Below are positions 50,877-64,000 of a stretch of DNA of 64,000 nucleotides, piece after piece. The stretch's first letter is position 1, and each line of letters opens with the position of its first letter. Source of the stretch: Octopus vulgaris (Eukaryota); contig OX597825.1 of assembly GCA_951406725.2 (NCBI GenBank), forward strand, positions 34,038,001-34,102,000, written 5' to 3'. The notes beneath the pieces were generated by a model. It did no database searches. It was not told the DNA's origin and saw nothing but the letters and a program-made list of their open reading frames with translations. The position numbers and the translations under genes are program-made.

Positions 50877-53587
50877 TAGCAGTATCGCCCGGCGTTGCTC
50901 GGGTTGTAAGGGAAATAACTATATAAGCATTTTTAGAGAGTTATAGCCAAAAAATAGCAAAAAAATGCATAAAACATTGAAAAAAAATTAAGGTAAATTT
51001 TTTTTTAAATCGTTGATATTTTTAGAGAGTTACTTCCCTTATATAAAAGCGAAAAAAATGCATTAAAATGGAAAAATATGATGGTAAATTTTTTTTAAAT
51101 CGTAGACTCATCGTAGACGCGCGCTAATACCCAGAAGGGCTCGATATGAATCACGACTATAAGATACCCGCTTTTGGTTAAACTGCACCGCAAAATGTGG
51201 GAGTAGTTACGAATCTAAATCGTAGGAGACAGACACACAACTTCACTCTTATATAAAGATGCTTTTTTTTTTCAGCCATAGAGTTAGATTTATGAAGGTC
51301 TTCAGTAGAAAATCCTTCGAATTCTGACTCGCTGCTTGATATAATGAAATTCGTATCCATTTTTTTGTCAGAATTACAAATTTTGAAAACACAATAGGAA
51401 CAAATTTCGGAAAAAAATCTCCCATAATTCACGGAATTAAAATTACACTTCGATTTTTGTACAAAACTGTATTTGAAGTGTTTACGAAGTATAATACGTG
51501 TTTTCACGAATGTACTAAAGAGATTTACTCTGATATTCTCATTTAAATATGAATAGGTAAATTCGGGCGGTTTGGTAACGAAAGGGTTTATATAAGTGTC
51601 GTCTGTTTATACATAAACACTGTTTCATACTTTCAGTTTAGTCTTCCTCAAATCACTCTGTCGCAATAGAGAGAAAATGAATTCAAGTACCCAAGAACAT
51701 TTTCACTCAATCTTATCTGTTAGCTTGCCATACATTTTACTCATGTATCTATCAGCGTGATAGACAGAAACAAATATTACATCTAGTTTCACTTTATTCG
51801 TTGCACACTGTGTGTGTGCGTTTGCGTGTGCTGTAAACCAGACTAAGAAAAGCATTTGACATACACACTAGAACGTGAGTTTTCTGTAAATTTTGCTTAA
51901 TTGGAGTTTAAATTTTAAAAACTGGACTTGGCAAAACCCGATGCATTCTACTCTTAAAAATGCTAGGTAAATTGTAATTGAAGAAATCCTATATTGTAGA
52001 TTTCTATAACTGACAAAGGGAGGCAGATAAAATCTGCCTTTTATAATAAGACTAGCAGTATCGCCCGGCGTTGCTCGGGTTGTAAGGGAAATAACTATAT
52101 AAGCATTTTTAGAGAGTTATAGCCAAAAAATGCATTAAAAATTGAAAAAAAATTAAGGTAAATATTTTTAAATCGTTGACACATCGTAGATATTTTTAGA
52201 GAGTTACTTCCCTTATATAAAAGCGAAAAAAATGCATTAAAATGGAAAAATATGATGGTATTTTTTTTTTTAAATCGTAGACTCATCGTAGAAGCACGCT
52301 AATACCCAGAAGGGCTCGATATGAATCACGACTATAAGATACCCGCTTTTGGTTAAACTGCACCGCAAAATGTGGGAGTAGTTAGGAATCTAAATCGTAG
52401 GAGACAGACACACAACTTCACTCTTATATAAAGATGCTTTTTTTTTTCAGTCATAGAGTTAGATTTATGAAGGTCTTCAGTAGAAAATCCTTCGAATTCT
52501 GACTCGCTGCTTGATATAATGAAATTCGTATCCATTTTTTGTCAGAATTAAAAATTTTGAAAACACAATAGGAACAAATTTCGGAAAAAAAATCTCCCAT
52601 AATTCACGGAATTAAAATTACACTTCGATTTTTGTACAAAACTGTAGTTGAAGTGTTTACGAAGTATAATACGTGTTTTCACGAATGTACTAAAGAGATT
52701 TGCTCTGATATTCTCATTTAAATATGAATAGGTAAATTCGGGCGGCTTGGTAACTATATATAAGTGTCGTCTGTTTATACATAAACACTGTTTCATACTG
52801 CAATTATATATACATATATCTATATATAATATTATATAATAAAATATATACAGAGTAAAATAAAAACCAATTTACCTTTTCTGTCCTCCGTGTGTCTTTG
52901 CAAATGTGTTGGAATGATAAGTGAGTTGTGTTTTTGCGCCTTTTTTACTAATAACAAACACACACGTGTTTGTATGTAGTTGTATGTAGTTGTATATGTA
53001 TGTGTATGCGTGTGTGTGAGGAATGACACACACACACTCACGCACGCACACATGTACATCAATGCTTTCGGAGTGATATGTTAAAATATTGAGTTTTCTC
53101 GAATTTTGTCTTAATTGGTGGTGAAATTGAAAGAAATATATTATGGCATGAGCGAATGGAGTACTTTGAAAAATCTTAGGTAAATTCTAATTGAAGAAGT
53201 TGTGTGAGGATTGAATGGTTATGTATTTATTTGTTTCTGTTTGCTGTGTTTTTTTATTTTTTGAGTAGTGGTTTAAACACTTTCAGTTTAGTCTTCCTCA
53301 AATCAATCACTCTGTCGCTATTTACTTTCATTTTATTCGTTGCCCACTGTGTGTGTGCGTTTGCGTGTGGTGTAAACCAGACTAAGAAAAGCATTTGACA
53401 CACACACCAGAATGTGAGTTTTCTGTAAATTTTGCTTAATTGGAGTTTAAATTTTAAAAACTGGACCTGGCATGACGCGATGCATTGTACTCTTAAAACT
53501 GCTAGGTAAATTGTAATTGAAGAAATCCTATATTGTAGATTTGTATAACTCCCAAAGGGAGGCAGATAAAATCTGCCTTTTATAATA

Positions 53588-53590
<3 letters not shown>
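50876..53590 (-). mobile_element. Tandem dimer of a composite non-autonomous Helitron (units 50876-52051 and 52052-53590)
   Basis: Each unit: 5' TCTTATTATAAAAGGCAG, internal second 5' end, 3' ccgagcaacgccggg...CTAG; units are highly similar. Confidence 0.85.
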
Positions 53591-53662
<72 letters not shown>

Positions 53663-53664
53663 AT

Positions 53665-53695
<31 letters not shown>

Positions 53696-53698
53696 TAA

Positions 53699-53731
<33 letters not shown>

Positions 53732-53823
53732 GAGATATACATGTATACATGCGTATGTATAGATATATATGTTTATATATGTATGTATACATATTTATAT
53801 ATATGTATATATGTATGTATACA

Positions 53824-53875
<52 letters not shown>

Positions 53876-54316
53876 TGTATATATATGTATAAATATATGT
53901 ATGCATGCATATATGTGTATATATGTATACATATAAATGTATGTATATATATGAATATATATGGATGTATATGTATAGATGTATATATATAGGTTTATAT
54001 GTATGTAAATATATATTGTTCACCTTCGTGTTTTTTATTTTTGTTTTATATATATTTTTGTTTCTTGTTTTTACATTCGTGTGGCATCCTGTCCTTGTTC
54101 CGTGTACATTCGGCCCTCTGGCCAGGGAGTCCAATGCCTGTGGCTTGGAGTGTCCTTGGGGATGGCCGTTTCGGAGTGATATCGAGATTAAACAGCCGAA
54201 ATCACTAAGATGATCCGGTTCCCGACTGAGGATCAGAGGCTTCGAGTGACCTGTCGTTTTTTTGTGTCGTCTCCTTGTGTTCTTGTCTACTTAGTAATTT
54301 ATATTTTATGTTAAAT

Positions 54317-54354
<38 letters not shown>

Positions 54355-54378
54355 CATATATATATATACATGTGTATA

Positions 54379-55667
54379 TCTATATCTATAAAAGAGAGAG
54401 AGAGAGAGTGTGTGTGTGTGTGTGTGTGTGTTTGTATGTGTGCGCGCACCAGCGCATGTACCTCATGCATTCCAAAACCGAGTTGCCGGTCTTTTGGCGT
54501 ATGGGTATCAAAAGGTTCAGTACTATTTCCGCTACCAATTAATTTTAATTGACATAATTGTATTACAAAATTTTTAAATCATAATCTTTTCCATAAGTGA
54601 ACTATCATAAACTTTTTATACGACGACGATGACGTCACATTTTCTATATAAGTGTTTACCTTAAAAGACATCCATCATCACGATACACACCTTCACTCAC
54701 TCTATCTGACTCTCTCTCTCTCTTGTACACACATATATCTTTCAATTTCTGCTTTCTGTCCCCTTTTCGCTTTCCCTTTTCTTTCAATCTCTGCTCTCTT
54801 CAAAGCATAAAGTAATTACCGTATTTGATGATCTATTAGACGCACGACTGCAAAGGACACACCCTAGTCTAGGCTATACTTTTGTGATGTAAATTACCAC
54901 TCAAATAATGTTTTAATTCCTCGATTTACCTGTATAACTTTATGTTATTACCGGTAATTATAAGCAATTTACTGTTCCCATATTCGATATAAACATACCT
55001 TAGGCGATCGTTCATCAATACATGCCAGCACACATTTTATAAACATACATACCGTTTTGAGTGACTTTTGAGCTTACATTTAGTGCATTGGCTGAAAGGG
55101 GATTTTTAAAGCCATTTTTGGGTAATAATGGTGCTTCTTATAGGCCATCAAATACAGTAATTATAACGGAATGACTGAGTGGAACGCAGAATGAGACAAA
55201 AGATAGAGAAACAACGGAAAAAAACAGAGACAGAAAACAAGTTTCTAAAGGAGAAGTTGAAAGACGGATGGCGGGTGAGAGACGGACGCTGATGCATCAT
55301 ACCCTATGTATCTTGTATAGGTGAAAGTGAAAGAAAGCCGGCACAAAGAGAGCGGTTAAATCGTGAGAGATGGGGACGCTGAGAACCCCAGAAATAATGT
55401 GTCTTACAATTTTAGAGTCACTTTCACTTTCGTCCCATGTTTCATGCGTGAGTAGAATAAGGCATTAGCTTTCTCTTTCAGTTTCTCATTATAATGCAGA
55501 GACCTTTTGCTGTTAACATATTACAACTTCACTACATTTCTTTCTTTTGGAATTAAGAAAGGTATGCAAAAATAACGTCCTTTTGGCACACACACACACA
55601 CACACACTCTCTCTCTCTTTCACACATATACACACTCACACTCTCTCTCTCTTATACACACACACTC

Positions 55668-55703
<36 letters not shown>

Positions 55704-58037
55704 ACACACACAGAGTTAAAGTTCGGTATGAATTATATAATTTCCTATTCTGTCATCCCTGTTTGTGATGAGCGTATTTCAAAGCTTGATCTTCCATTAA
55801 ATCTTATAAGGAAGTTACCTCAGAAATCCTGTCCTTTACCTGTTCTCTTGTTTCTAGCATGTCCGACATGACATTTGCGTATCCCACCCACCACTTATTC
55901 TCTTCCTCAATTTACTCACATCCCTATGTTTTCCATACAGGAGATTTGCATTTCACCCGAAAGCAGGTAGCTGTTGGGTGGCCGAGGTGGGGGAAGGGGC
56001 ATTAAGTATTTCTTTCAGAAAAAATTAATTTTCAATAACAAGTTATATTTCCCACTTTCGTAATCTCTGTATTTTTCCACGTGCATAAAAAAACAAAATT
56101 CGGAAGACAGTTAAAAATTAGGAAATTTCCGCTAGGAGGTGGCAAATTATAATTTTGAAAACAGGATTTCTCGGCAAAAATCATATTAACCCCTTTTTAT
56201 TCTATGAAACAGTACATAGTTTGTGATCCTTCTCAAGAACATAATTCACTTTCATGCAAATTGTACCCTCCCCACTTCACTTCTGGACAAACAATAACTT
56301 CCATTACGCCAGTAATCCACTCCACCATGTATCAGTTAACTGAATGTATTACGCTTATCAAGACAGAACATAGCCAAATCATTCAGGGTTTACAGCTTCT
56401 TCTCATAATAACGGGATACAAATTGATGTATGAATTTTTCTACATCATTTCATTCATTACTAAAAACTTAAATAATACGGTGCACAACTTCGAATTCCTC
56501 TGTCTTCCATCTTATATATTCCTTAATCGCTCGCTCTTTTCATCTATGCCACCAAAACGAAAACATTCTCATTTATCTCCACAAACAAGGGCCGCTAAAA
56601 AACCCACCTCTATTTGTGCTCAAGAAAACTCACTTCAGCCATGCCCGAATGTGTAATATTTCAAAACGATCTCCGACGGCAGAAGTTCTGCTCTAAACTG
56701 CACTTATTGTCTAGGATGAATGCACAATGGCACACCGTGGTGTACTGGAAGCCCTAGATAGGTCACTAAGTGACATTAGAAATAATACTGCCATTATGGG
56801 GGTGGGGGCTTAATTGTTGTCCTCGCTGGGGATTTCCGTCAAATATTACCAGTCATAGCACGGGGTACGCGAGCTGACGACATCTATCTATCTAAAGTTT
56901 TCACCTCTGTGGAGGTTTGTTTGTCAGCTTTCATTAAGCAACAATATGCGAGCTCATCTCTACAACGACCCCTTAGCTGAGGAATTCTTTCATCAACTTC
57001 TATAAAGTGGAAATGGCTCCTTACCTCTGAATAACACCCTGCAACAGCATGTACTGCACTGTTGGCATATGGTGTCTACATTGGCCGAGCTTAAAGAAAA
57101 GGTATTTCCCATATTGTAAGACAACTTCAAAAAAGCAGAGAGAGCACCTCGGAAGGAAAGCGTTGATAATGTAATCCATGAACTCCTCCACATTCTACCT
57201 GGAGATACTTCAACGTTTGTCTCCATTGATACTACCATCGACGAACATGCCACTGTTGAGTCTCCAGTTGAATTTCTCAACTTTCTACAACCCAGAGGTC
57301 TGCCACCCCATTAGTTGTTCCTAAAGAAAGGTACACCTATCTTGCTCTTGAGGAATTTCGACCCACCACCACTATGCAATGGTACAAAATTGACTTACTA
57401 CAACGACAAGCAACCATTATTGTCGGCTGTCATTGAGGAGAGATCGCATACATTCCACGCATGCTCCTTGTTCCCTCAAATGTGTCATTTCAATTCAAGC
57501 GCCTCCACTTCCCAGGGCCAAACTTTAAAAATTGTGTGTCTCAATTTACAATTTTCTCACGGACAACTATATGTCACATGCTCTCGAGTTAGCAGTGCAG
57601 ATGACTTGTATATTTATTCTATCAACACGAGGCTTACACAAAACATAGTTTACCCAGAAGCATTGTCGGTTTCACATAACTTATCTTGAAGTGTGCAGTC
57701 TGATGCTTTTCACAGTGAAGCAGCTTTCTTTCCTTGTACTTTACTTTTGTACAAGACGGATACATTTACGTCATCATACGTCATCCAATTCTTTAAATCC
57801 GTAAGTCATTTTGGGGTCAATGTTAGGATTTCATTCTACTCTAAGATGCCATTCTACATGTTTTTGGTGTCAACAATTTCAGCGTTTTTCATCACAAAAC
57901 GACCGAAGATCATGTTTATAAAGAAGTGTTGTTTGCCTTACACTCCTTGTGTGCCGATTCTGCCCGTAAGAAACACACAAATAATACAATGTGGCTATAG
58001 GCCATAACACCTGGGCAACGCCAGGATGCTTTGCTAG
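54379..58037 (+). mobile_element. Helitron with degenerate Pif1-family helicase remnant (~56700-57680)
   Basis: 5' TCTATATCTATAAAA; DECTMAH, LAGDFRQILPV, PVEFLN..P.GLPPH, LLLRNFD..LCNGT, SQGQT, FSHGQLYV.CSRV; 3' cctgggcaacgccagg hairpin + CTAG|T. Confidence 0.9.
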
Positions 58038-58852
58038 TATACATACATATGTATATATAGATGTATATATACATCTATATATATGTAAATATACCTATAT
58101 ATATGTATATATACATATATGTGTGTGTCCCCGTATTGGTACCCCCTTCATCGCTTCACAACCGATGTTGCTGTGTTTACGTCCCCATAACTTAGCCGTT
58201 TCGCAAAACACACCGATAGAAAAAGTACTAGGCTTACAAAGAATATATCCTGGGATCGATTTCTTCGACTAAAGGCAGTGCTCCAGCATGGCCACAGTCA
58301 CATGACCGAAATAAGTAAAACGATAAAAACTCTATACCATTTTAATCCCGACTAAGGCCGGGTGTTTCTGCATGTCATCATCATCATCATTGTTTAACGT
58401 TCGTTTTCCATGCTAGTATGGGTTGGACGGTTCGGCTGGGGTCTGGGAAGCCAGGAGGCTGCAACAAGCTTCCTATTGCACAACCACGTTTGCATCCATA
58501 TTTAAAACTACTCAATAAATATTGTTGAGGCACTGGTGTGACTCCGTGGTTGTGAAGCTTACTTCCAAACCATGTGGGCTTATGTTCCATCCCACTGCAC
58601 AGCAAATTGGACAAGTGTCTTCTGTTATAACCCCAAATTGACAAAAGCATTGTGTGTGGATTTGGTAGAGAGAACCTGAAAATAGCTCATCATATGTTTG
58701 TACGAATCTCCATTGACAATCTATTGGTGTCAAATAAAGTGTTAAATACCTACAGCTTACAAATGAATAGCTCCAGTTCTCTGAAGCTACTAGATCTGTT
58801 GTGTATAAAAACAGATTGTCTATTCATTTCTCTGGGATTGGTCAAGTGATGT

Positions 58853-58903
58853 AGACACTTCTGATGAGAATCCAATAAGGTTCGAAAATGGATTAAAGCT
58901 GTT
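58853..58903 (+). ncRNA. Type I hammerhead ribozyme motif, intact core
   Basis: acactt-CTGATGA-gaatc caataa ggttc-GAAA-atggat-TA-aagctgt. Confidence 0.75.
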
Positions 58904-59146
58904 TGTCATTCTTTTTCAGTCTCCGAAATATGGATAAATTAACAGTGTTTATATGTATACTACTCCTTCACTGCATCCTTCAAAACTTCCATGCTTCCTG
59001 AGATTAGCCAACACCACACCTGATTTTCTCCACTCCATATACACGCAAGCATGTACCTAACTTCCCAGGCATTTGTACATTAAGGTACATGCTTTATACG
59101 CAGTTTTGACAAGTTGTGGTGCACCTGAGCACTGTATACAATAATT

Positions 59147-59208
<62 letters not shown>

Positions 59209-59211
<3 letters not shown>

Positions 59212-59936
59212 TAGTTTTATTTTTGTAGCGTGCTTTCACTTCACTACCGAGCGCAGCTCTGTGTGCCTTGGGTATGTGCTGTGATTTGTTGTGATGCTCT
59301 GATGGTTATTGTATGGAAAGTGTTCTGCGTAGGATGTGTGCAGTGCCTAGTAGTGCAATTTTCTGTATGTTATATGTGTTTGTAAGTCCTGGTGTTTTTG
59401 TTATGTTTTTGTCTGAATATTTTTTTATCATGCCTAATGCACCTACTATGATAGGAATTGTTTCTGTTTTCAGGTTCCACATTCTAGTTACCTCTATTTC
59501 CAGGTCTTTGTATTTTGAGAGTTTCTCCATTTCTTTTAGAGACACGTTGTCATCTGCCGGTATTGATACATCAATTAGAAAGCATTTTTTTCTTCATGAT
59601 CTCTGACAACTATATCTGGTCTGTTGGCCTTAATTTCTCTATCTGTGTGTATCGGCATATCCCAGAGTATGGTTGCTTTCTCGTTTTCTGTGACCTTTTC
59701 TGGTGTGTGACTATACCATCTTTTTTCTGTTGTTATTCCATAATGTTGGCATAGCTTCCAATGTATGTAGGTTCCAACTCTGTCATGTCTGTGAATATAT
59801 TCCTTCTTAGCCAGGACTGGGCAGCTAGAGATAATATGATTTATTGTTTCTTGTCCATCTCCACATATTCTGCAGTTACTTGTAATATTTCTTTTCATTA
59901 CATGTTTTAGGTAATTTCTGGTGGGGAGGCTTTGGT
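59209..59936 (-). mobile_element. R4/Dong-type non-LTR 3' fragment (CCHC finger + REL endonuclease) flanked by (TAA)n
   Basis: CRICGDGQETINHIISSC, RHD, NRPDIVV, LIDVSIP, KYKDL, PIIVGALG; one frameshift near 59585. Confidence 0.92.
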
Positions 59937-60126
59937 CATCATTATTATTATTATTATTATTATTATCATTATTATCATTATTATTATTATTAATAATATT
60001 ATTATTAAATCACACTCCTATCACATTCATATTTATACGACTGAATGGACAAAAGTAAGAAAGAGTTACTCAACACGTTTCCTAGGAGTACATATATTGG
60101 TATTTAATAACTCTCTGATTCAGCTC

Positions 60127-60179
60127 AACACAACTTAAAGTTTCGTAGTCGCTTCACACGAACCTAGCTCTTCAGGTTT
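60127..60179 (-). ncRNA. Hammerhead-like motif, stem I imperfect
   Basis: Minus: aaac-CTGAAGA-gctaggttcg...cgactac-GAAA-ctttaag-TT-gtgtt. Confidence 0.5.
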
Positions 60180-60651
60180 AGGCGACCGAATGGAGAGATG
60201 GAAGAAATGCAACATGACTACTGAAGATCGGGCTCTTATTGGTCAAGGTGGGTCACATGGTGTTCTCGCCATAAGTACCGAACAATTAGTGACATCACAT
60301 ACATCAACTAGAAGCCTCAATTCCGTATTTCTTGGACCACATAGTTGGATAGAATGTTTGTGGCACATCGATGGGTGATGTGGGTGAGAATCTTAAGAGA
60401 AACGAAATGGTGGTACACATGCACGCGCGCATGTGTGTTGGAGTATGAGTGCGTGAGTGTATGCATTTGGAGCATATTAACTTCAGAATCACTGGTAAAG
60501 CCTTTGATGTAATAGCCTTCAGTGCAACATTGAAGACTTTCCAGCACTTTGTATGTACATACATGCATGCATCCATCCATCCTTACAAGCATACATACAT
60601 ACATACATACATACATACATACATACATACATACATACATACATACATACA

Positions 60652-60682
<31 letters not shown>

Positions 60683-60799
60683 GCTTATTTATTGTTTTCT
60701 AAGCCTCAAGCAAATGATAGTATTATTCTGCTGGATTAGATATTCAAATAGAGTTATGACTGGAAATAAAATTCATATTTCAATCTTAGATAAATAAGA

Positions 60800-61012
60800 A
60801 GGTGGCGAGCTGGCAGAAACGTTAGCACACCGGGCAAAATGCTTAGCAGTATTTCGTCTTTCTTTACATTCTGAGTTCAAATTCCACCAAGGTCGATTTT
60901 GCTTTTATCCTTTCGGGCTCAATAAATTAAGTACCAATTATGTACTGGGGTCGATCTAATCGACCGGCCCCCTCCCCAAAACTTCAGGCCATGTGCCTAG
61001 ACTATAAAAGAA
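60800..61012 (+). mobile_element. SINE (~210 bp family), well-preserved copy
   Basis: aggtggcgagctggcagaaacgttagc...ctataaaagaat; flanked by a cttagataaataag / taagataaataag TSD-like repeat. Confidence 0.88.
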
Positions 61013-62198
61013 TCTAAGATAAATAAGGTATTAAAAATTGATTAATTAATATTCTTTGGAGTTCTACTCTCGTAAAATCTTGACAAATCTAGTATTTTTC
61101 TTCAAAGTTGCCATTGGCACAATAAGATTTAAAGCCATGACGTTAGTTTATTTATATATTATTCCTACTGGTTGCTAAGTGAGGTGAACCATCTGTAGTA
61201 CCCTAGTTGTACAATATTATCTAGTTGATATTAAAAGGATTTAATAAGCTAGTAGAAAATATGCACAGATGCACGTGAACATATAAACACATGCATACAT
61301 GCACATGCACATACATGCATACACACACACGTGCATACACATGCACGTGCACGCACACACAGAGATTTCATCATTGTCATCATCATCATCTTTTAACATC
61401 AATCTTCCATGCTGGCAAGGGTTGGATAGTTTGAGAGAATCTGATGTATCAGAGGACCACTTTCTGCTTCAGTGTCAGCTTTTGCATGGTTTCTGTGTCT
61501 GGATGTCCTTGTTAGTGTCAACCACTTTCCAAAGTGCACTGGATGCTTTTTCATTGCACCAGAGTCCTTGCATTTGCCATGTGGACTACAAGACTAAGAT
61601 CTTCATAGACTGAATGGAACTACAGTAGAAAATGAGGCAGTTCTATACTAAGTAAGGAAACATTTGAGTACAACAGAGGGGATTGGAACAGGTTTCTTGT
61701 TGTTAAGGAGATACAAATCTGTTCACATTATACAAGAGTTAAAAGGTGGTAAGCAAAACATAATTGTTTGCATGCAGGACAAAATGCTTAGTGGTATTTT
61801 GGTTGTTTTTATGATCTGAGTTCAAATTTAGCAGAAGCAGACTTACTTTTCAAGGGTCAATGAAATAAGTACTAGTTAAGCATTGAGGGCTGATGTAATA
61901 GATTTGCTTCAACCCCTAAAATTTCTGGCTCTGTGACTTTGGTAGAAAGGATCGTAGAAGAGTGGGTGAAAGTAATTAAGGTGAATCTAGAAAAAGAGAT
62001 AAAAACAGTGGTAACAAGGTGTCAGGTTGGGCTCTGGAGTGAGAAGATCAAGAAGAGTGGGCAGAATAGCAATTGTGAGAGGGAGGTGGGGGGAGAAACA
62101 GACAGAGAGAGTTGGGATGCCTTTAATTCTTTTCTAAGACTGAATTAGATAGCAGAAACGTTTCTAGAATACATGTGATATTGCTACATAACATTTGC

Positions 62199-62506
62199 TT
62201 ATGACCTTAAATTTTATTCGGTTTGTTGAGATTTGTGAAGAAATGTACAAAATTTTTCTGTAATCTAGGAGAATGATGCTCTTATTTCTTTACTGTCCAC
62301 AAGGGGCTACACACAGAGGGGACAAACAAGGACAGACAAAGGATTTAAGTCGATTATATCGACCTCAGTGATATAATCGACTTAAACCCTTTGTCTGTCC
62401 TTGTTTGTCCCCTCTGTGTGTAGCCCCTTGTGGACAGTAAAGAAATAAGAGCATCATTCTCCTAGATTACAAATCTCAACCAACCGAATAAAATTTAAGG
62501 TCATAA
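62199..62506. repeat. Near-perfect palindrome (foldback duplication) with 9-nt loop
   Basis: 62260-62360 is the reverse complement of 62370-62470; outer arms continue to 62199/62506. Confidence 0.95.
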
Positions 62507-64000
62507 TGCAAGCTGTCAAGTGATATGAACTTTTATTCTTCTCAATCTCACAAGCCCATTAGGCCTAAATTGATCCTTATTTCCATAAAGTTCATGTGAG
62601 TGAAAGTAGAAAACTCTTCCTTTAATATGTTGCCAGTCCATTGCAAGGTTAACTGACACCAGTTGCTACTGGCACTTCTTTACGGCTGAATGGACTGAAG
62701 CAGACTTAATGCAGCAGTACCCAAAACTTCTTACATGTAGCACACTTAACAACATTTAAATATAAACTGTGCTACATGTTGTGCATAAATAAAGTAATTA
62801 TATCCAAAAGAGGTATTTATGATTAACAGCAAGGTATAAAGGCACTGATGTATATTTGCATGTACTTACCTTTCTTTATTCAACAACTGAAGCATTCTAT
62901 CCGAGGTAGAACACATATTAGGTAACTTTTTGCTGTTTTCAATGTTTTTGTTTGGATTTATTTGTTATAATGAGACATTCATTCAATCTTCAATGCAACT
63001 AATTCTCTTTCATCTCAGATTTTTTGTGTTATTGAAAGTTGAAAATCACAATTCACTTAATTATGAAATAAAAACTTGCAACAAATCTGAACAGCAATCC
63101 CAAATGATTCCAAATGTACTTTATTTTAATTTTCACCTAATTTCAAACCAGTATCAGATGGAATATGTATGAAAGAAGGTCTAACCATATCATACCATTA
63201 TCCAATCAGGTATGGAAAATAGAAATCAATTTTTACTTACAGCTTACCAAAATAATCAACTGCAATTAAAATTATTGAAAATATTTTCATTTCTACCTTG
63301 AATGATTGTGTTTCCAATATTTAGTTGAGCTTATATTTTTGTCTAACTTACTAATGCATTCTCATCAAAGATATTCACTAAATCTTTCATACATTTTTCT
63401 TTAAAAACGCAAGTAATTTTTTCTGCATTTTAATTCTGTGGATTAGCACCTTACCTTTTAAAAGCAATCTGACTTCTGTCTGTAAAAGTAACCTCCCTTA
63501 ACATGAATTTTAAGGAGATTTGCTTAAACATTTGTGACTTTAATGCTGTACTTTTAATAAAGTGTGGTGAACCAGTATAATCATTATGACCCTGGACAAA
63601 GTGCTTTGAAGTATTTCACTCATATTTACATTTGTGTTCAAATGGTGGCAAGGTTAACTTTGACTTTCATTGTTTTAGGATTAATAAAATAAGTACCAGT
63701 TGAGCCCTTAGGTTGTTCAAATCAATTTAGTCCTTCCCTTGAAATTGCTGGATTGTGCCAAAATTGGACACCAATTATAACTGATAATTTTCACTGTTTG
63801 GTTTAATACTTACATTAACTCAATTTGTAATGCTTCTAAAGCTAGTACCTCTCTATGTAAAAAGCAATGGATGTACACAAAATTTGGATTTTGCTTTTAT
63901 GCAAGTGGTATGAAATGTTTAATGGATCCTACTGTAGAGATACCCCTTGTGTAGATATTCCAACACATGATTACCAATACAAATTCCATGTTTTACCAAT

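Overview
This is a eukaryotic, AT-rich, repeat-saturated window. It is most likely octopus (cephalopod) DNA, inferred from the cytb-trnS2-trnT-nad4L mitochondrial insertion and the SINE families; this needs confirming by BLAST. Most of the window is microsatellites, tRNA-derived SINEs and decayed transposons. These include CR1-type, RTE, two Tx1-type and two R4/Dong-type LINEs, a Penelope GIY-YIG fragment, Gypsy LTR remnants, three mariner copies, hAT- and Merlin-like MITEs, and several Helitrons. A probable host gene lies on the minus strand, with a Tyr-motif-rich terminal exon (28894-29329) and two duplicated Ser/Thr-rich micro-exons. The most notable observations are about ten type I hammerhead-ribozyme-like motifs of several families, a ~17-unit modular stem-loop array in the RTE 3' UTR, a CTAG|TC head-to-tail Helitron junction, several foldback structures, and a NUMT that may supply the host gene's polyA signal. 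All boundaries were read by eye and are approximate unless a motif is quoted.
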